Assembly (NCBI GenBank): GCA_951406725.2
Contig: OX597827.1
Location: 14,446,001 to 14,510,000, forward strand
DNA length: 64,000 nucleotides
Direction: 5' to 3'
Source: Octopus vulgaris
Taxonomy: Eukaryota
The notes beneath the pieces were generated by a model. The model did not search any database. It saw only the letters and a list, made by a program, of their open reading frames with translations, and had not been told where the DNA came from. Positions 56,145-64,000 of this stretch are shown one piece after another; the first letter of the stretch is position 1; each line of letters starts with the position of its first letter. The translations under genes and the position numbers were made by a program.

Positions 56145-56146
<2 letters not shown>

Positions 56147-56494
56147 GGAGTAAACACATAAATGTGAAACAAGGTGGAAAAAAGAGTACTCAAATACCAG
56201 TGGTAGAGTAATATGCTTTATTTAAAGCAGCAGAAAATTCAACAAAACCTGTTTTTCTGAGTTTCCCGTCGCCGTTCATCGGACAGTTTTGGCTAGAATG
56301 GAACCGATATGTCAATTCTATCCTGACTATTACAAACGCTACACCTTTAATATATATACACCTTTAAGCGTTTGTAATAGTCTGGATAGAATTGACATAT
56401 CGGTTCCATTCTAGCAAAAACTGTCCGATGAACGGCAACGGGAAACTCAGAGTAACAGGTTTTGTTGAATTTTCTGCTGCTTTAAATAAAGTAT
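56145..56494. mobile_element. Second (TA)n-flanked asymmetric palindrome with arms of about 128 bp
   Basis: About 56212-56340 versus 56367-56494, reverse complementary with few mismatches. Confidence 0.8.
56421..56458 (+). ncRNA. Variant minimal hammerhead motif (mirror copy near 56249-56286, - strand)
   Basis: CTGT-CCGATGA-A CG gcaa CG G-GAAA-CTCAGAG-TA-ACAG; U4C core variant and weak stem II. Confidence 0.55.
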
Positions 56495-56752
56495 ATATAT
56501 ATATATATATAAAGTTAAAAAAGGGTAGAAATTGATATTAATCCATTAAAACCAGTGGCCTGGAATTTTTTAAAAAATCCGAAGATTAAGTTTTTTTTTT
56601 TTTTACATTCAAAATTTAGAGGATTGACGACTAAAAGTGGACAGCCTGTATGCTAGATATAGACGTCAAAATGGCCATTTTCCACGGAGAATGTGTTCTC
56701 AAAAAAAACAAATTCAGCAAAACCAAAGCGTAAATATAAGCAAGACAAAGGA

Positions 56753-56806
<54 letters not shown>

Positions 56807-57069
56807 TAGAAATATGTTATAAAAAAAAAATACACGGGTGAAATGTAAGGGTAGAATATGAAAAATCAACGGAAATGCACATTGCAGATAAAAAAAGGCT
56901 ATTTATGACAGGTAACGACAAATATATACATTTAGATTGACTGAGGTAGTAATACGAGTCATAAAAGTCATTATTATGAGATGATTATAAGATGATAATA
57001 AAGTAAGAGAACAAAACGGACCATGGTTTACGCAAAGCTAGTCATCGTTTGAAAAACACCGGCTATATA

Positions 57070-57100
<31 letters not shown>

Positions 57101-57704
57101 TTACATTATATACGACAACACAGGTATTTGTATTTACTGAAGGCTTTTCGGTTATTCGAAATTAAGACACATGTGAAAATAACACTGATACGAGAATGTG
57201 GTCTTTGGGACAACGAAAAACATCTGCAGATAGAAAAATAAACGTAAGCAGACCATACGCATGAGATCAATTTAAAATCTTAGACGGAAGCTGAAGAAAA
57301 AAACTGACCAAAAGATGGATCATGACAAAAAATATGTATAGTTTTAGAAACAGGATGGTCACGTGGTACCTTTTTCGGAGAGGAGAGAAAGAAAGGGTAA
57401 TAGTGGGTAGAGAGAAAGAGAGAGAAAAGTGCCGTACGAAGAGAAGAAAAAGTAGGAAAGAACGAAAAGGAAAATGGAGTTGGTAGAAAGTTAGAAATAA
57501 ACAGATACAAAGGAACACGGAAAGAAAATGTGGAAAAGATTGGCTGTTCTCGTCCAGTGCCCGGGCATTGTTGACCTGTGGGTTTATGTCGAAGACCTGC
57601 TGTCGCATGTAGAACGTATCTGACTATCAACTGAATCCATGGTGAAGATTGCACCGCCTCCCTCCTTTGGCCGGGAGAGGCAGGCGATTTTCATTTGTCT
57701 AGTG

Positions 57705-57923
57705 CAGTGCTTTTCAACCTTTTTGCTGGAGCGGAACCCCAGGGAAACATTCCACTGGCTCGAGGAACCCCTGTGCAATAATTTAATTGTCTTATACACA
57801 CATATCTGCATAGGAGAATTAAAAATTACTGTCAATTATAGCATTTTTGTAACTTCTTGCGGAACCCTTGGACTGTACTGGCGGAACCCTAAAGTTCCGT
57901 GGAACCCTGGTTGAAAACCACTG
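57705..57923. mobile_element. hAT (Charlie-like) MITE
   Basis: TIRs CAGTGCTTTTCAACC / GGTTGAAAACCACTG; perfect 8-bp target-site duplication GTCTAGTG. Confidence 0.9.
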
Positions 57924-58479
57924 GTCTAGTGTCTGTAGCGATAGAGGTAGTACGGTGGACTCATTTGAAAGGGCTAAAGTCAGACACTTTCCTTTTTGCC
58001 CAAGCCATCATCAACTTCTTTACTTGAAAAAGAAAGTGAGAAGAAGGAGGGAAGTGTTGCCTTCTAGCAAGTTCTTCGAAAGGAGTGTGAATGTTAGAAG
58101 AATGGCCATCGTGAAAGGACCAATTCTGAGCATATACCTATGAAAAATTAAAGGAGAAGGGCTCTTGCCCTGTTAATCAAGCACCCGTGGCTTTTATGGG
58201 TTTTCCCACGAGGAACCTTAAAGCGCCTCCCCCCCTATTGGGAGATTCATGTTGTTTAATTTTTATTGTCTTTATAATGTTTACTCGATTTGAAAACCCA
58301 TTGTATTGTTTCGCGCTGTCGTTTATGCTTGTGTCATGTAATTTTATATATCTTTATATTAACCCTTGTGACCAAAAAGAATGAATTATTATTATTGATT
58401 ATTATTATTATTTGGCAATAATATCCATCTTATATAAGAGAAATTTGTATACTTTTTCTCACAAATCTCTTTTCCCATG

Positions 58480-58888
58480 ACATCGATCAACATCAATGGA
58501 AATTGCAGCTGTGATACCAGTGCCGGTGGTACGTAAGAGAACCATCCGAATGTGGCCGTTGCCAGCGCCACCCAGACTGGCCTCGTGCCGGTGGCACGTA
58601 AAAAGCACCATCCGATCGTGCCCATTTGCCAGCCTCGCCTGGCCCCCGTAAAAAGCACCATCCGATCACGGCCGTTGCCAGCCTCGTCTGACACCTGTGC
58701 AGGTGGCACGTAAAAAGCACCCACTACACACACAGAGTGGTTGGCATTAGGAAGGGCATCCAGCCGTAGAAACATTGCCAGATCAGACTGGGCCTGGTGC
58801 AGCCTTCTGGCTTCCCAGACCCCAGTTGAACCGTCCAACCCATGCTAGCATGGAAAGCGGACGCTAAACGATGATGATGATGATGATG
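58480..58888 (+). mobile_element. SINE family C with internal tandem repeats
   Basis: Repeated GGTGGCACGTAAAAAGCACC units, family C tail, (GAT)n. Confidence 0.85.
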
Positions 58889-59145
58889 AATTCCGGGAAT
58901 TCCCAACTCATGAGATTATCTCCTCTTCACGCAAATGCTACTCGTTGTTCGTTTACCTTTCTCTCAAAATGAAGATAATTTCAATAAAACAAAAAATTTA
59001 TATCGTGCAATATGGTTCTTCTGGTTTTCTTGTCCTATTCTATGTCACTGCTCACTCCTGAAGTATTTCTCTTAGCTCATTTTTGTTTACACTTACACAG
59101 ACACACGCAAACATATTTAATATGTGCATGCAGAGCTGGCAGACA

Positions 59146-59371
59146 AGGTGGCGAGCTGGCAGACACGTTAGCACGCGAATGCTTAGCAAGTATTTCGTCT
59201 GTTGTTACGTTCTGAGTTCAAATTCCGCCGAGGTCGACTTTGCCTATCATCCTTTCAGGGTCGATAAATAAAGTACCAGTTACGCACTGGGGTTCGATGT
59301 AATCGACTTAATCCCTTTGTCTGTCCTTGTTTGTCTCCTCTATGTTTAGCCCCTTGTGGGTAATAAAGAAA
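59146..59371 (+). mobile_element. SINE family B, full length
   Basis: Complete head and core. Confidence 0.9.
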
Positions 59372-59764
59372 TATATGTATATACATACATACGGACGGAC
59401 ACAGATAAAGGAGACTGCAGGCATAACAATAAACGGTATTAATGTATTCAACGAACCTAAAGTCGAATATTATATATACGTATGTTTACACACACACATA
59501 AATATATATTCGCAGTTCGATATAAAGTATAAAATGTGTGAAGTCTCATAATATTTATAGCCTTCATGTTTGGGTTTAATAACTTTGATATATGTAACCA
59601 ATGTAGCAAGAGATAAAAAGCGTTTAAACCTTTTACTGTCAGATTATTAATTGGAATAGAGCAACGTGAACTTCCAGAATTATTAAAACTATATTGATAG
59701 CAGCTTTCGTATTATATTTTTAATTATTTGTTCGGTTAAAGTTATACGTAGCTTTATATAATAA

Positions 59765-60139
59765 CTAGCAGTATCGCCCGGCGTTGCTCAGGTTTGTAAG
59801 GGAAATAACTATAAAGCATTTTTAGAGAGTTATAGCCAAAAAATAGGAAAAAAATTATGGTAAATTTTTTTTTGAGATTTAAAAAAGGTAGAGTTGCGTC
59901 CCCTAGACAGTTTGTGGTTCGTATTCCTGATTCTCGACCCCATGTCGAATTTATCGATTTTTTTCAGAACTGGGGGAACTTTTCAAAATTTTCGCTGCGT
60001 TAGTTTTGAATTATGACATTGGGCTATGTGTGTGTCAAGTTTCATCAGAATCGGTTGAAAGCCGTGGTCAGAGTGAGGGTACAACCTGACAGACACACAG
60101 AAACACACACAGACAAACTGCCGTTTATATAGAGAGAGA
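59765..60139 (-). mobile_element. Non-autonomous Helitron-like element with a different 5' part
   Basis: Same CTAG end, hairpin and about 100 bp as 38408; remainder unrelated; starts A|TC. Confidence 0.7.
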
Positions 60140-60475
60140 TACGAAATCTAAGTGGTGATTCAGAAACTGGGTTCAAACTCGCCAGCTATCAATTATTGAT
60201 GGCTTTTCCATTGTAAGAAAGACTTTCATATCTTCAATCGATCAACATCGATTCGAAGTACAACGAATGCAAATTAGTTTTAGTTTTGTGGTAGCTTTGT
60301 AAAACCATAGTGATAATACAAAATTCGTTGAGGAAAATAACAATACAATTTTAAAAGAAATTTCATCACTAATTCCGTTTGCTTCCATTAAAAATGGCGG
60401 TTTGAATTGTTAAAACTTAAACTTGATCTTTGAAGATATATTATGTTCGTAAAAGCTACACATAAAAGCTACACA

Positions 60476-60638
60476 GGCGCAGGAGTGGCTGTGTGGTAAG
60501 TAGCTTGCTAACCAGCCACATGGTTCCGGGTTCAGTCCCACTGCGTGACATCTTGGGCAAGTGTCTCCTGCTATAGCCCCGGGCCGACCAAATGCCTTGT
60601 GAGTGGATTTGGTAGACGGAAACTGAAAGAAGCCTGTC

Positions 60639-60683
<45 letters not shown>

Positions 60684-60910
60684 TGTGTGTGTTTGTGTGT
60701 CTGTGTTTATCCCCTAGCATTGCTTGACAACCGATGCTGGTTTGTTTACGTCCCCGTCACTTAGCGGTTCGGCAAAAGAGACCGATAGAATAAGTACTGG
60801 GCTTACAAAAAAGAATAAGTCCCGGGGTCGATTTGCTCGACTAAAAGGCGGTGCTCCAGCATGACCGCAGTCAAATGACTGAAACAGAGTAAAACAGAGT
60901 AAAACAGAGT
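60476..60910 (+). mobile_element. SINE family A, full length
   Basis: Family A sequence. Confidence 0.9.
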
Positions 60911-61579
60911 ATATATATATATTCGAGCAAAACGCACGGATATTTTCATGCGTACACACATCAGAACATATATATAAGCGCTCTCGTCGATTACTGAAAA
61001 ACCCCCCATCTTCTTAATTCGGTATATGCACGTAAAAGTTCAATATGTATATTTTATAGATCACTGAAGGTTTTTACGATACATGCATACAGAGAGAGAG
61101 AAGTATAGACAAGGCATTGGCAGTGACTGACAAAGCTGCTTAAATATGCAAGCAGCTACACACATTTAGATATATATGTATGAGAATGCAGATATATGCA
61201 AATCAGATCATCTACCTTTTTATCTTTAAAGATTTGCTATTCAAGAAAATATTTTATTGCTTTCCCTTTTCTTTTGCTAAAACATATATGTAAATATTAA
61301 AAATTCTTCAACATTTTTTTTTTTTTTTATTATTATTATTACTTCTTTCCTTCTCTTCTTTCTTCTTTGTTCCGTTTTGCTTTCCTCTATTGTCTTCCCC
61401 GTTTAGTTTTATATTCTATTCATCTTCTCTCTGTTACCATTTCTCTCTCATTCCTTCTCTCTCTCTTTCTCTTTCTCTCTCACACACATACATACTCACT
61501 ATTTGTCTCTATCTTTATCTTTTTCCCCTTTCTTCCAGTTTTAACTTTATTCCTTTTTCCTATGCATCATCCTACATTG

Positions 61580-61580
<1 letters not shown>

Positions 61581-61658
<78 letters not shown>

Positions 61659-62045
61659 TATAAATATATAGATATGGATATATACATATACATATATAGA
61701 TATATGTAGATATAGATATATACATATACATATACATATACATACATATATACATATACATACATACATACATATATATATATATTTATACGTATATGTA
61801 TGTATATATATATATATACACATATATATACATATATATATATACATATATATATACATATATATATACATGTATATATACATATATATATACATATATA
61901 TATACATACATATATATATACATACATATATATATATACATACATATATATACACATACACACACACATATAATATACATGTATGTATGTATGTACTGAT
62001 ATATACTAACTCGTATATATATATGTGTGTGTGTGTGTGTGAGTG
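61581..62045. repeat. TA/TACA microsatellite
   Basis: Directly visible. Confidence 0.95.
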
Positions 62046-62619
62046 TACACCTACACACACACACGCACATTATTCCCTTTCATTGTCATTTCCTTTCCTT
62101 TGCTCATCTTATATGCATGCAACTTTTATCTTTTTTTATTCTTTCTCCTTACTATCCCCGATTTTTTAACATTTCTTTTTACCCGCCAACACTTACAACA
62201 CTTTGATTTTTCACCCTTTTGTGAGGAATAAATGAGTTGAAATCTCGGCCTGGTGACGTTGTCTTGGATACATTCTATCAGTAGAAATGGAGGATTTCAG
62301 TTTCTTATCTCAGAAACTGTATCACTTAAGTTTAATGACTAAACTAATGCATAAAACGCTAGCCATTCGCTCAGTTACATTGATTAAGAGCAGGAGAGAG
62401 GGATGCTGGAGGTGAGTGCACCATCTCAATCCTGAATATACTAAACAGCTTCCACAAAATTCTAGTCATTGCTTCTTTGCTGCTTTAATAAACCTCCGTA
62501 TCAGCTGAAATATAAAGCCAGGGAAACCACTGTCTCTCTCTTCTTTGGTTTTTGCTTTTTGTCTTTTGCTGTTTCTTTCCCCGATTTTACTCTATCATCA
62601 CAGACGATTTGATATGCAT

Positions 62620-62677
<58 letters not shown>

Positions 62678-62696
62678 TCTTTTACTCATTTTTTTT

Positions 62697-63106
62697 TACT
62701 CTTTTACTTGTTTCAGTCATTTGACTGCGGCCATGCTGGAGCACCGCCTTTTAGTCGAGCAAATCGACCCCGGGACTTATTCTTTTGTAAGCCCAGTACT
62801 TATTCTATCAGTCTCTCTTGCCGAACCGCTAAGTGACGGGGACGTAAACAAACCAGCATCGGTTGTCAAGCAATGCTAGAGGGACAAACACAGACACACA
62901 AACATATACATACACATACATATATATATTTATACATATATACGACAGGCTTCTTTCAGTTTCCGTCTACCAAATCCACTCACAAGGCTTTGGTCGGCCC
63001 GAGGCTATAGTAGAAGACACTTGCCCAAGATGCCACGCAGTGGGACTGAACCCAGAACCATGTGGTTGGTTAGCAAGCTACTTACCACAAAGCCACTCCT
63101 ACGCCT
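62697..63106 (-). mobile_element. SINE family A, full length
   Basis: Reverse-complement copy. Confidence 0.9.
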
Positions 63107-63383
63107 ATATAGTTATAAAATCTCAAGAAAAGATACAGTACTAACGTATACTCTACTGTATACTCAGTTACCATCCTCACACTTTTTATCTACTCATTTA
63201 TTACTGACTCATGACTAAAACGTGGTTAGTGCTGACATCTCAGGAAATGGTGACATCTACGAAACGTTCAACGAATCGTATGCTTTTATCTACCTAGTGT
63301 TACCAGACGTTTTTATTTTTATTTTTTTTGCAACCACTCTATTCTATCTAACGAATCAGATGAACGTCGAGGATACTCTTGAG

Positions 63384-63671
63384 CAGAGGTTTTCAACAAT
63401 AGTTTTGTTCACGGACCCCTTTGGTTACTAATATATTCAGGTGGACTCCCCATGATTATTCGATGTTTTAAAACTAATTTCATTGATACTTCTTTCAAAA
63501 CTCTTATTTTGTTTTACACACATTAACTCGTGTTGGTTGAACTATGTAAAACGTTAGAAAAAGAAATCTGTTTCTTACAGTAAATACATGTAAAGCAAGA
63601 TTTTTTTCATAGACCCTTAAAATACTTCTGTGGGTCCCCGATTTACTATGGACCCCGGTTGAAAAGCCCTG
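63384..63671. mobile_element. hAT-like MITE (older)
   Basis: TIRs CAGAGGTTTTCAAC / GTTGAAAAGCCCTG; target-site duplication degenerate. Confidence 0.6.
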
Positions 63672-64000
63672 TTCTACAGTAGTAGGGGACCGGATCGACC
63701 AAACTGTTATTATTATACTCTACCATATTAATCTGGTATTTTCTCACATTCATTAATAAATGCACACACAAGTATAATACATATGTAATGGGAGAAATTT
63801 ATTAGTAAACATTATTATGAAATGTTATGAAATGTCAGAGTCAGCAGTTGTGACGATAAAAGTTTGTTGTTGTTATTATTGCATACCGTAGGATATGAAA
63901 GATGAACAATGCATGAAGTTTTAAGGAAGTATTTACCGTTACGTTACAATACCTTGGCTCGACGACGGGCAGGTTATGATAAATCCAAAAGCATGCGAAG

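Overview
Eukaryotic, AT-rich, extremely repeat-dense DNA. The repeat families resemble those of a coleoid cephalopod (Octopus-like); this is an inference from repeat style and was not checked by search. No complete host protein-coding gene can be supported. Nearly all listed ORFs are artefacts of microsatellites or SINEs. The window holds many copies of at least five SINE-like families, 5'-truncated CR1-, RTE- and R4/Dong-type LINE fragments, two decayed Tc1/mariner (DD37D/maT-like) transposons, hAT/MULE/piggyBac-like MITEs, non-autonomous Helitrons, a possible solo LTR, a 14 x 37-bp minisatellite and kilobases of simple repeats. The most notable signal is a set of about 8 loci with minimal type I hammerhead-ribozyme motifs (3 with an intact catalytic core). 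Most lie in Penelope-pLTR/retrozyme-like elements, several of them long asymmetric palindromes inserted in (TA)n tracts. One hammerhead-bearing family has three divergent copies that share a covarying multi-hairpin domain downstream of the ribozyme. Two candidate minus-strand exons near 26-28 kb and a left/right difference in CpG decay hint at a transcription unit running leftwards from about 28-30 kb.
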